Shown here piece by piece: positions 54,415 through 64,000 of a stretch of DNA of 64,000 nt. Position 1 is the first letter of the stretch; each line of letters starts with the position of its first letter. Under the pieces are notes generated by a model. It saw only the letters and a program-made list of their open reading frames with translations. It was not told the DNA's origin and did no database searches. Source of the DNA: an uncultured delta proteobacterium (GTDB lineage Bacteria > Myxococcota_A > Polyangia > Polyangiales > JAFGIB01); assembly GCA_963778655.1 (NCBI GenBank), contig CAVZVA010000010.1:160001-224000 (forward strand), read 5' to 3'. The position numbers and the translations under genes were made by a program.

Positions 54415-55516
54415 CCCCGGAACCCGGTCTCCAAAGAGCTCGGCTTTGATGGTGCCAATGGTCGACTCCGCCACGGCGTTGTCCCAGCAGTTGCCTTTCC
54501 GACTCATGCTGACCTGCATGCCGAGCTTGCGAAGGCACGCGCGGTAGTCCGCGGCCGTGTACGTCGAGCCGCGGTCGGTGTGGTGAAGCAGACCTGGGCT
54601 AGGACGCTGGCGAGCCACGGCGGCCCGCAGAGCCCGCAGCGCCAGGGCCGTGTCGCAACGGTCGCTGACGGCCCAGCCGACGATGGCTCGCGTGCACAGG
54701 TCCACCAGGATCGCCAGGTAGCTCCATCCCTGGGCGGTCCACACGTAGGTGATATCGCCGACCCATGCTCGATTGGGGCTGTCCCAGCGGAAGCGGCGAT
54801 CGAGCAGGTTGGGCGCCGGGACGTGCGAGCTGTCGGCCTGGGTCGTGCGCCGGAAGCGCTTGGGACACCGGGCACGCAAGCCCAGCGCCCTCATTCGCGC
54901 TTCGATGCGTTTTCGGCTGACGCGTCTTCCTTGCCGCCGCAGGTGTCGGTGAATGCGCGGGCTCCCGTAGCGCCGCTTGCTTTGCAGATGGGTCGCGGTG
55001 ATCTCGACGTCGAGCTGTGCGGTCTCCTGGGCCCGTGCGCTCACAGGGCGCGACCGTTGCGCATACACCGTGCTGCGTGGCAACTGCAGCGCACGACAGA
55101 CCGCGGCGACCGACGTCTTGGACTCGTCGGCCAAACGGTACACGTCTGCGGTCACGACGTGCCCTCCTTGGCGAAAAAAGCGGTGGCCCGTTTCAGAATC
55201 TCGCGTTCCTGTCGCAGCACTCGGTTTTCACGCCGAAGCGCCGCCAGCTCCTCTCGCTCCGCCGTCGTCAGCGGACCCGAGCCGCCGCCGCCGGCATCCA
55301 CGGTCGCTTGACGAACCCAGTTGGTCACCGCGCTTGCCGTCAGGCCAAGCTCTCGGGCAACCGCGAACGGCGTGCTGCCCGGCTGCTGGCACAGCCGAAC
55401 CACCTCCGCCTTGTACTCGCTGGTGAACTTCCGGCGTTTTCCTTGTCGCTTCTTTGGCATGATTTCTGGACGCATAGTGCCTCATTGAACTTGTCCAAGA
55501 AATCGGGGGAATTCCA
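54415..55516 (-). mobile_element. IS3 copy, inverted, 3' truncated
   Basis: Matches reverse complement of 43550-44651. Confidence 0.92.
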
Positions 55517-55914
55517 CCACCGAGCCCGCGCGTGTCCAGACGCGTGGGCTCACTCCTTTGCGCGCGCATGCTCAATCAGATGCCGCCGTCACGCTCAATT
55601 ACCGGCAGACACCGCCGGATTGACCCAACCTCTCAGGCGTTCCAACGCGCACGCACACCGGGCCCAGGCTGCCGGTCGATCACGAGCCGCCGCGAGCCTC
55701 TACACACGTGTGCGGCACGAGGTCGCACAGCCAGGCGTCTGCTCTCGTGATCCCGAGTGGCCCGAGGAAGTCAGCGTCGAGGCTTCGCCCCGACGGGCCG
55801 TTGGACATCGCATCCGCAGGCTTCATGTGCCCCGCCTCCGCGCCTCGCGGCGCACGCTTCGCAGTCAACACAATATGTCAACTCGCCTGCAACTGCACCG
55901 CGCTCCATTCGGCT

Positions 55915-56751
55915 CTTCGTCCCGACTATCCGCGGCCGCTGGCCGTGCTCGCCGCCTGCGGGCTGCCTTGGGTGGCGTTCGCGAGCGTGTATTACGGCAC
56001 GCCGATTCCCCACAGCGCGGTGGAGAAGTGCCAGCGCACGCCCTTGCCGCGCTACCTTGAGCACACGCTGTCGCACGTGGGCCAGAGCGTGCTGCCGTAC
56101 TGGCCCGCAGCGTGGTCGTGGTCGTTGCCGGCCTGGCTGCTCGCGCTCGCCGGTGCGCTGTGGCTGGCGCGGCGCGAGCGCAGGCTGGCGATGCTCGGAC
56201 TGTACGGCGCGGCCGAGCTCGCGGCCTATCTGGTGATGCGGCCCTTCGCCGGCCACGACTGGCACCTGTACCCGATCGTGCTGGTCGCGGTGTTGTGCAG
56301 CGCCGCGGCGCTTGCGCAGCTCGCGCTGCACGCGGGCCGCAGGGCCACGCGCGCCGGCGCTGCCGCCGTGCTGCTCGTCGCCATGCTGCTGGTTGCGGCG
56401 CGCACGGCGCAGGGCGCGCGCGACTACGCCCACGGGCACTGGACCGGGGAGCGCGACGCCACCTACCGCCGGATCGCGCGCTTCCTGCGCGCGCGCGCTC
56501 GCCCCGGCGAGCAATTCGCGTCGATCGAAGTCGGCACGCTGGCGTATTACTCGGATCTCTCCGCCTACGACCTGGGCGGTATCGTCACCGACTTGCGGCG
56601 GACGGCGATGATCGATCGCCCGGTACGCTACCTCGTGCTCGACACCAAGTACCTTGCGAGCGCGCCGCCCTGGCCGCCGCTGTTCCACGCGGCCGAAGGC
56701 GACTTCGAGGCCTTCGTGTACTACATGCCGCGGACGCCGCACGGGCGTTGA
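55915..56751 (+). pseudogene. Polytopic membrane protein C-terminal fragment (GT-C-like)
   Basis: YYGTPIPHS..K, several TM segments, EVGTLAYY..DLGGIV. Confidence 0.55.
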
Positions 56752-57098
56752 CGCGCCGCCTGCGCGGTTTCACTCCAGCGGCGCCCGAGATCCATCGTCG
56801 CCCAGCGGACGTTCCCGAGGTGCTCGACTAGGCAGCGTGCGCGGGCCACGTGGGGAGTTTCGCCCCATCTGAATCTGACTATGATGACCCGCCTTGGTCA
56901 AATCCTGGCAGCGTCGTTGGCTCGGCGGGATCACATTCTCGATCGACATCAAGCAAAAGTCGACGAGAGCCTTCCCAACGTCCTTTCTTACGCCCAGAGT
57001 GGGCCCCAACGGGCTCTCTCACACGGGTCCGGGGGAGGAAACATGAGAAACGGAATGCGAGCACCCCAACGGGGGGGGCGAATCACTGCTGCTACCGC

Positions 57099-58388
57099 AT
57101 GCGGCGAACACATGCGTGGCTGGTGCTTTCGGCCGCGCTCGGTTTCGCTCTGGGCTGTTCGAGCGAAACGGGGAGCGATGAGAACGTAGCCGCGACGAGC
57201 GCAGCACTTACAGCGGGAGCAGCGGGTACGGCAGGAGCAGGGGGAAGCGCCTCGAACGCAGCGCCCGCCGCGTCGCTGCAGGAGATCACGATCGCGAGCC
57301 TTCCGTTTTCCGCATGCACGCTGACTTGCGACGCGCTTGCGGGGGACAACATGCCGGTCTGGGCCGATGACGAGGGCCTGGTCCATTTGTGGGCCGCGCC
57401 ACAGAGTGCCTCGGATACCTACACGCTCGACTGCAACGAGTCCGGCACGAGCGTGCCCTACCACTTCGACCTCTCCGATCGCGCGACCTTCGTCCCCGCG
57501 ATCGCGCGTGCGAAGGCGACCGATCGCAAGGTGCGGCCGGCGCTGGCCGATCCGACGAGCATGAGCCAGGGCGAGCTCGCTCGAGCCGGATACGGGCTGC
57601 GGCCGGATCCGAGCTCTCCGCTGTACGCGGTGTGGCTCGAGGGCGTCTCGAAGCCGGTCACGCTGATCACCCCGCCTGGCGTAGAACGGCCGGATCTGAG
57701 CTTCGACCCGGAATCATATACCACCGACGCAAGATGGTGCGGTCCGTCGCTTAGCAACTCCTTTACCCACTTCTCAGGGGTGATCGCGGCTTTCACCACG
57801 CCCACCAGTTTCTTCTACAACGGGTCCGGATCGGAGACGGCTTTTTGGACCGGGGTTGGAGGCCTCAACCGCACTCAGCTCATCCAGGATGGGGTCGATC
57901 AGAAATGGATCAACAACGTGGGCACCTTGCAAGCCTGGTGGGAGTGGGTCGGTGTTGCTGGTCCGTTCTTTCCCGCGGGGTGGGTCATTGCACCCGGCGA
58001 CAACGTGGCGTTCTGGGCATGGGAGTGCGACGCCTATAACAACTTAGTTCAGGGTGGCGGCCATGCCTGTTTTATGTGGCAAGACAACACCAATCCCCAC
58101 CCCACCGCATTCACCTGGAACCAATCGACGACGCAGTTTCACAACACCTTTCCGGGTTTCGGTTGCGAAGCAATCACGGAGCGCCAGCCAAACCAGCCCC
58201 TCGCAGGATGGTCACCCTGGCTCAATATGGAATTCGATTGTGCAGACGGCTCCGGCGGGTGGCACAATCTGGACACCGATCAATTTTTGAACTTCACCAT
58301 GATCAACCCTAGCAACAATCATACGCTATGTGCGTCGGAGAAGACGGGGCCCGACACCGCCGTGTACGGGTATATTCAAGGGCTGTAG
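57099..58388 (+). CDS. G1-family glutamic peptidase lipoprotein with propeptide
   Basis: ALGC lipobox; EL...GY..RPD pro-region; FWTGVGG, LIQDGV (Gln), AWWEW, PGD, CEAITER (Glu). Confidence 0.8.
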   Translation: MRRTHAWLVLSAALGFALGCSSETGSDENVAATSAALTAGAAGTAGAGGSASNAAPAASLQEITIASLPFSACTLTCDALAGDNMPVWADDEGLVHLWAAPQSASDTYTLDCNESGTSVPYHFDLSDRATFVPAIARAKATDRKVRPALADPTSMSQGELARAGYGLRPDPSSPLYAVWLEGVSKPVTLITPPGVERPDLSFDPESYTTDARWCGPSLSNSFTHFSGVIAAFTTPTSFFYNGSGSETAFWTGVGGLNRTQLIQDGVDQKWINNVGTLQAWWEWVGVAGPFFPAGWVIAPGDNVAFWAWECDAYNNLVQGGGHACFMWQDNTNPHPTAFTWNQSTTQFHNTFPGFGCEAITERQPNQPLAGWSPWLNMEFDCADGSGGWHNLDTDQFLNFTMINPSNNHTLCASEKTGPDTAVYGYIQGL

Positions 58389-59552
58389 ATGTGCCGGGCT
58401 GAAGCGCTGGAGTGCGGACGGACCGGTGGCGGACACTCCACCACCGGTTCGTCGCTGTCGTATGCGGCACGCGCGCTGGTGGCGGGTGTGCTTGGCCTCA
58501 CTGCCGCGTGCGGCGGCGCGTCGTCCAGGGGCGCTTCGTCCATGGATGGCGGCGTCGCATCCACGGGCGGCAAGTGCGGCCCCACGGCCAAGTTGTTGGT
58601 CGACTATATGGCGATCTCGTCGGACCTGGATGCAGGTGTCGCGGTGCCTGAAGTCGAAGTCAATGACACCCACCTCTATTTCAATCTGAACTTGATCTAC
58701 GGGACCGCGACCACGACGATGCTTCGCGATGCCTATATCATGCGGGTCCCGTTGCGCGGAGGGGAAGCCGAGCGCGTGGCGCATATCCCCAATGGCATGG
58801 ACGGCACGGTGCAGTCCTTCGCGCTCACCAAGGATGCGGTGATCTCCGGCCAGGCGGCGCCACTAGGGACAGAGAATGGCTTGGGTGCCGTGTTGCGCAT
58901 CCCGCTCGCCGGCGGCGAGCCTACGATGCTGGCCCCAGCGAAGCTGGGGATGGGAGCGCTGGTCGTCGACGACAAGAACGTCTACTTTGTCGATGCCGAA
59001 GGCACCGAGAGCGTATCGTTGGCGGGCGGAGCGGTTCGCACGCTCTCACAGCCCGGCACGCCGATCTCGCTCGCGTTGATCGGCGACACGCTGTACATGG
59101 CCGACATCAAGGATGGCCTCCAAGATGGCACGATCTCGTCTGTGCCCACCGCGGGCGGGGACGTGACGGTGCTCGCCCAGGGCCTGTCGAACCCCTGGCC
59201 GATGACCGCGTGCGGGACTGACCTGTGCTGGTTCGAAGGCGTGTCACAGTCTTCGTTCGCAGCCAGGCTCGTGCGCATGGCCGCTGATGGCGGGACGCCG
59301 AAGATGCTCGCTCAAGGCTTCCTCGAGCCGCATGCGATCGTGTTCGATGGTAAGTACTTCTTCATCACCGACGGCAGTATTGGGATCGACATCCTGCGAG
59401 TACCTGCTGCGGGCGGCGAGCCCGTTCGCGTCACTAGTAACGCAGCGTTCGACCTCGCGCTCGACGATGAGTGTTTGTACTGGTCGAATGCCGCCGGCAT
59501 CTGGAGCATGTCGCTCGCAGCGGCCCGCGTTAAAGGACCGAACGACGACTGA
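58389..59552 (+). CDS. Beta-propeller lipoprotein abutting the G1 peptidase gene
   Basis: TAGATG junction; LTAAC lipobox; repeated VDDKNVYF / RVPxxGG blades. Confidence 0.75.
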   Translation: MCRAEALECGRTGGGHSTTGSSLSYAARALVAGVLGLTAACGGASSRGASSMDGGVASTGGKCGPTAKLLVDYMAISSDLDAGVAVPEVEVNDTHLYFNLNLIYGTATTTMLRDAYIMRVPLRGGEAERVAHIPNGMDGTVQSFALTKDAVISGQAAPLGTENGLGAVLRIPLAGGEPTMLAPAKLGMGALVVDDKNVYFVDAEGTESVSLAGGAVRTLSQPGTPISLALIGDTLYMADIKDGLQDGTISSVPTAGGDVTVLAQGLSNPWPMTACGTDLCWFEGVSQSSFAARLVRMAADGGTPKMLAQGFLEPHAIVFDGKYFFITDGSIGIDILRVPAAGGEPVRVTSNAAFDLALDDECLYWSNAAGIWSMSLAAARVKGPNDD

Positions 59553-59607
59553 TCGCTGCCGCGAAGGCCCCGCAACTGCACCCGTTTCAATCTGATCGGG
59601 GCTCTAT

Positions 59608-60083
59608 CTAGGAGTGCACGGGGGGCGCGTGGCGCACCTGGGAGCGGCCGTGGCGGTTGAGGCTCCACTTCAACGCGGGCGGGGTCACCATGGTGGTCAC
59701 GATCACCATCACCACCACCGCCGAGTACGCCGCCGAGTCGACCACGCGCTCGCCCTTCACGGTCAGCGTCATGCCGATGTTGGCGAAGATCAGGCCGACC
59801 TCGCCCCGCGGGATCATGCCGATGCCGACGCTCAGCCGGTCGATGCCCTTGCCGATCACCCCGAAGTAGCAAGCCTGCTTGCCCACCACGGCGGCCACGA
59901 TCAGCGCCGCAGCCAGGCCGAGCACGCCGGGCTTGCCGAACGAGGCCAGCTCGGTGCGCATGCCCATCAGCACGAAGAACACCGGCACCAGAAACGACGA
60001 GATCGGCTGGATCAGCTCCTCCAGCTCGTGCTCTCCGCGATCGGTGAAGTCGCGGTAGTGCACGTGCTCAAGGATCAGCCCTT
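59608..60083 (-). pseudogene. CPA2 cation:proton antiporter C-terminal fragment
   Basis: PVFFVLMG, GMIPRGEVGLIFA. Confidence 0.8.
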
Positions 60084-60097
60084 GCACGCCCGACGCA

Positions 60098-60430
60098 ATG
60101 CCCGCGACGGGTTTCGACGATCAGGAGGTCTACCTGGGAACCGCCGACAGCGAGTGCGGCGGCGGCGTCTGTCTGGCGTACCACCTGCGCGGCGACCCGA
60201 GCCCGAGCTGCGTGCCCAGCGCCGGAGCCACGCCCGGCGACACGCATCTGTGCGCCTCACCGACCGACGTGCAAGAGCGCATGTACTGCAGCTGTCGCTG
60301 CAACGCCCCCGACGGCTACGCCGAGTGCGGCTGTCCCGACGGCTTCACCTGCGTGGACGGGCTCGACCAGGGCAGCCCCGAGCTCCAAGGCGGCTACTGC
60401 GTGAGAAACGGCACGTTCACAGCGCCGTGA
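60098..60430 (+). pseudogene. CglC-like Cys-rich protein fragment
   Basis: GF...EV..C..VCL..H.RG, YCSCRC. Confidence 0.5.
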
Positions 60431-60865
60431 GGGCTTCGGTTCGAAGGCGACCTGGACCCACCCGCGGCGATCGGCTATGTGATCTGCAGGCGCGTCTCGT
60501 GCAAGGTCTTCCGCGGAACCCCATCGCCAAAGTGGGCATCCTGATCGGCCTCTGGGCTGTCATCTTCGCGAGCTACGCCTGGGGCATGCACGGCGCTCCC
60601 CTCGTCGCGTGCGGCGTCTTTGCCACGCTCGACATGGGCATTCAGATTCTCGTCATCGAATCGAGCACCTCATTGATATGCCCCTCTTGCAAGAGGCACA
60701 TCCCGAAGGGCTCCAACTGCTGCGCGCGATGCACGGCGTGACGCTGTAGACGCTGCGTGCTCGACGCGGTTCGAGCGCTAGCTTGTCTCAATCGATGATT
60801 CGCGTTCGAGATTGCGGAACCTCGCTCCGAAACGTCGGGTCCGGAGGCTCGGTGTCGGAGCGGGC

Positions 60866-62023
60866 TCACAGGGTCGCGGTGTTGGCCTCGAGGCCGAGCA
60901 GCAGCTTGCCCACGGTCTCGAGCGTGTCGCTCGACACCGTGATGTGCTGCGACGCGACGTGAACGTCGCGCAGATGCCGCTGCAGCGGCGAGTTGTCGAA
61001 CACCGCGCTGCCGCCGGCAAGCGTGTACATCGCATCGACGACGGCAATCGCAGCGCCGATCGCGTGCGTGGCGGCGAGCCGCATGTCACGGCGCGCGTCC
61101 AGCGGCATCGGTCCGCCTGCAACGGCGAGCGACCAAGCGCGCTCGATCGTCTCGTAGAAGAACGCGCGCGCCGCACGCAAACGCGCCTCCGCGAGCGCGA
61201 CCTCCATCTGCGCGTGCGGGCTGTTGGCCAGGCTGGCGGTGGCACCGTAGCGCTTCTTCTTGCCTGCGAGCTCGATCAAGCAATCGATGCTCGCACGGGC
61301 GATGCCAAGCGCGACTGCGGAGACGCCCTGCGTGAGCAGCGCGAACTGGGGAAAGCGGAACAGCGGCCGGTCCGGCACGTTCTTGATCAGGTAGCCCGAG
61401 ACGTGCGCTTCGGGCACCAGCAGATCGTACACCTCGAACTCGTTGCTTCCGGTACCGCGCAGGCCCGACGTGAACCAGGTGTCGAGCAGGCGCACTTCCG
61501 AAGCGCGAAACAGCACCATGTGGTTGCGCGGCACGCCGGCGCTGCTCGTGGCGAGCTTGCCGTCGACGGTCAACGTGCAGCCGCCGCCGATCCAGTCCGC
61601 GTTGGGCGAGCCCGAGGCCCACTGCCAGTGACCGTTGACACGAAAGCCGCGTTCGACCTTGACCGCGTTGCCCGACGCCGCGAACACACCGGCGATCAAG
61701 GTGTCGGGTGTCGCGAGCACCTCGCCGCAGACCTCGTCGGTCATCCGGCACAAGGCGAGCCCGGTCGTGGCGCCGATGAACGCGACCCAGCCGCACGCGG
61801 CGTCACCACGGGCGAGGGCTTCGTATACGCGGGTAGCCACCAGCGGCGAGAGCTCGAGCCCGCCCACCCGCTCGGCGATGAACATGCGATAGAAGCCGGC
61901 GGCGCCCATCTGCTTGGCGACGTCGGAGGGGAGGCGGCGGTTCGCTTCGATCTCTTCGCTGCGTCGCGCGAACGTGCGGGCCAGCGACTCGGCTTGCTGC
62001 ACAATCGCGTGTTGATGGGACAT
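60866..62023 (-). CDS. Acyl-CoA-dehydrogenase-fold flavin monooxygenase (HsaA-like)
   Basis: W.WASGS..ADW, DTWFTSGLRGTGS, PLQRHLRD. Confidence 0.88.
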   Translation of the reverse strand: MSHQHAIVQQAESLARTFARRSEEIEANRRLPSDVAKQMGAAGFYRMFIAERVGGLELSPLVATRVYEALARGDAACGWVAFIGATTGLALCRMTDEVCGEVLATPDTLIAGVFAASGNAVKVERGFRVNGHWQWASGSPNADWIGGGCTLTVDGKLATSSAGVPRNHMVLFRASEVRLLDTWFTSGLRGTGSNEFEVYDLLVPEAHVSGYLIKNVPDRPLFRFPQFALLTQGVSAVALGIARASIDCLIELAGKKKRYGATASLANSPHAQMEVALAEARLRAARAFFYETIERAWSLAVAGGPMPLDARRDMRLAATHAIGAAIAVVDAMYTLAGGSAVFDNSPLQRHLRDVHVASQHITVSSDTLETVGKLLLGLEANTATL

Positions 62024-62137
62024 GGCGCACGGAGCTTGCCAGCGCTGCCCACGCGAGATCAAGCTGCCCCTCGTCGTCTGCCCGCTAGGGCTGTACGGTG
62101 GGGCCGGCGAGCTCGGTCTTCAGCTCCCCGCTTTCTT

Positions 62138-62354
62138 CATCGTCGACAACTCGATGATCTGGGTGGCGGCGGTCGAGCACGATGGCCTGGAGGAAGCACG
62201 CAAGGTGCCCGGCTACCACGACGAGCCTCTGAAAGGCGACCGGGCCGGTCCGCGGTCCATCCGCTCGAGCAAGGCGTACGGCGCCATCTACGAGATCAAG
62301 GAGGACACGGCGAAGCTCGTGTCGGGCGAGGAAGTCAACAAGCACGAGTATTGA
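62138..62354 (+). pseudogene. RelE/HigB toxin, 5' truncated copy
   Basis: Inverted copy of 16419-16635. Confidence 0.85.
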
Positions 62355-62365
62355 TGGAGGTGCCC

Positions 62366-62680
62366 ATGCGCAAGGCCAAGAAGTCCGAGGCGATCAAGAC
62401 GCTGGAGAAGATTGCCGGCGGCCCGCTCACCCTGGGTCGGGCCATAGAGTCGATCCGCAAGAGCGATGAGCTCTCCCAAGATGAGTGTGCCAAAAAGCTT
62501 GGGGTCTCGAAGTCGCATCTGTGCGACGTCGAGAAGGGCCGCAAGGTCGTGAGCCCCGAACGCGCAGCCAAGTGGGCTCGGGTTCTCGGGTACCCCGAGT
62601 CCGTGCTTGTCAAGCTCGCCATTCAGGGCGAGCTGGACGCGGCTGGGCTGAAATACAAGGTCGAGATCGAAGCTGCCTGA
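62366..62680 (+). CDS. Xre-HTH antitoxin (HigA-like) copy
   Basis: Near-identical to 16093-16407. Confidence 0.85.
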   Translation: MRKAKKSEAIKTLEKIAGGPLTLGRAIESIRKSDELSQDECAKKLGVSKSHLCDVEKGRKVVSPERAAKWARVLGYPESVLVKLAIQGELDAAGLKYKVEIEAA

Positions 62681-62791
62681 TTCCGGACTCGGCCTTCGTT
62701 GCCCGATGCAAGGGCGGCACGCCGACCCGAGGTCCTTGGCACCTGCGCTCTCGGTATGCGACGCCAGGATGATATGGCATAGTGGCGTCCG

Positions 62792-63478
62792 ATGGGTACG
62801 CCGTCGCGGGTCAGAAAGAGCGTCGTCATCGAGCCGCGCGATCAGAGCCGGATTGGCGCGGCGCTCGAACGTTGGGCCTCGACCGGCGACTTCGTCGCGT
62901 TGCGGACGCGGGCCTTCGTCTACTTGCTCTGGGACGGCGCCCTGCGCACCAAGGCGGCCGTTTGGCTCAATGCCGAGGAGGTGGTCAAGGGCCCCGCCGC
63001 CGGACGCGTCCACGTGGTCCAGGAGGCGGTCGAGCGGGCCTGCGAAGGCAACAACTACCGCGAGAGGCGATTTCTGCTCAGCGACCGGACGCGGGACGCG
63101 ACCGCGGGCTACCTGATGGCGGCGCGTGCCGACGGCTGGCTGGCCAAGGGGGAGCGCCTGGTCGGGCCGCTGTGGATCTCGATGCACCACCACGGCAGCC
63201 AGCAGCGCATGTCCCAGCGGACGGCCGTGCAGGCGTGGCACACGTTCATCGGCGGACTGAGCCTGTCGCGCGACTACCAGCTCGACGATCTGGTCTTCAC
63301 CGGGCGCGTGGCGTTCTTGCAGGCGGCGAAGGGCAGCACCGACGTTCTGTCCGAGCACGCCGGCGTCTCGCCTGAGTGGGCGGGTCGCTACCGCGATCAC
63401 CTGGTCGAAGCGTCCTCGAGCACGGCTCGGGAGGTCATGGCGGAGCTCAACAAGCGGCCGCGACGCAAGCCAGGTTAA
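62792..63478 (+). CDS. Tyrosine-recombinase catalytic-domain-like protein lacking HxxR
   Basis: LRTRAFVYLLWDGALR box I, PLWIS..RMSQR, DDLV at the HxLR position, HAGVS..GRY. Confidence 0.65.
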   Translation: MGTPSRVRKSVVIEPRDQSRIGAALERWASTGDFVALRTRAFVYLLWDGALRTKAAVWLNAEEVVKGPAAGRVHVVQEAVERACEGNNYRERRFLLSDRTRDATAGYLMAARADGWLAKGERLVGPLWISMHHHGSQQRMSQRTAVQAWHTFIGGLSLSRDYQLDDLVFTGRVAFLQAAKGSTDVLSEHAGVSPEWAGRYRDHLVEASSSTAREVMAELNKRPRRKPG

Positions 63479-63504
63479 AAGGCTCGGCGGCGGCGGCACC
63501 TCGG

Positions 63505-63693
63505 CCAAAGCAACTCTCGGAGCTCAAAAGGCGGGCATCCTTCAGGATCATGCGCAGCGCACGCGCAGGACTCCGGCGCCTTCGGCAGCCTCGATGTCCT
63601 CCCACTTGAGCGCGGTCGCCTCGCCCCAACGCAAGCCCGTCAGTACGAGCGTTGCGATGAGCGCGAAGTGCTCGGGGTAGAGCTCACGCCAAC
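63505..63693 (-). pseudogene. Integrase box I fragment fused to hicA 3' remnant
   Basis: LYPEHFALIATLVLTGLRWGEATALKWED then LRMILKDARL. Confidence 0.7.
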
Positions 63694-63926
63694 AATTGCA
63701 GATAACCTCGACGGGCTACGCGCCTTTCAGAGCCGGGCCAAACGCTGGCTGCGAGACTCCGACCCTTACAAGCCCGTACCCGAGGGATTCTCGATGCGGC
63801 TTTTCGTCGCGTGCGACCGCACTGAGAGTCCCTCCTCTCGGGTTTAGTGGGCGTTGGAAGGCTCCACGACGCGCGCGCCCGCTAGCCGCGCCGCGCAGTT
63901 GCGGGGGCGGCGCGGACTGTCCCAGC

Positions 63927-63947
63927 GTCCCCACCTCCGTCCCCACT
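63927..63947 (-). repeat. GTGGGGAC direct repeats like those ending the intact integrase
   Basis: GTGGGGACGGAGGTGGGGAC (VGTEVGT) vs GTGGGGACGGCGGTGGGGAC (VGTAVGT) at 32491-32510. Confidence 0.55.
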
Positions 63948-64000
63948 TCGGCGGCAACGACACGGGACGGCATGCAACGCCCGGACGCGTTAAGGTCCCG

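Overview
High-GC myxobacterial-type DNA (GGAGG-linker lipoproteins, Cys-rich repeats, vWA/CglC-like proteins). The whole window is an accessory, heavily eroded island region centred on a tRNA-Gly(GCC) gene (32364-32437, minus strand). Downstream of the tRNA (leftwards) is a tandem island array marked by four repeats of the tRNA 3' half (29368, 26887, 14573, 6466). Most of these repeats sit beside tyrosine-integrase C-terminal remnants and/or toxin-antitoxin modules (AbiEi/AbiEii, nucleotidyltransferase pair, HicBA, HigBA). Upstream of the tRNA lies an intact integrase-xis-traK module whose stop codon overlaps the tRNA -35 box. Every non-IS repeat I found shared between the two sides is inverted, so islands may have accreted in both directions from one near-palindromic anticodon site. 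The right side holds an IS pile-up (IS91, ISL3, IS21, IS3 x2, IS66, IS701-like, RAYT-like) and three parallel cassettes, each a lipoprotein glutamic peptidase (neprosin or G1-type) followed by an unrelated partner lipoprotein; two have a divergent paralogous LuxR-type response regulator. Also present: a duplicated tyrosine-recombinase-like protein lacking the HxxR motif between TA loci, a GNAT fragment with an integron attC-like site, an internally deleted group II intron and many gene fragments. All family calls come from motif recognition by eye; no searches were run.
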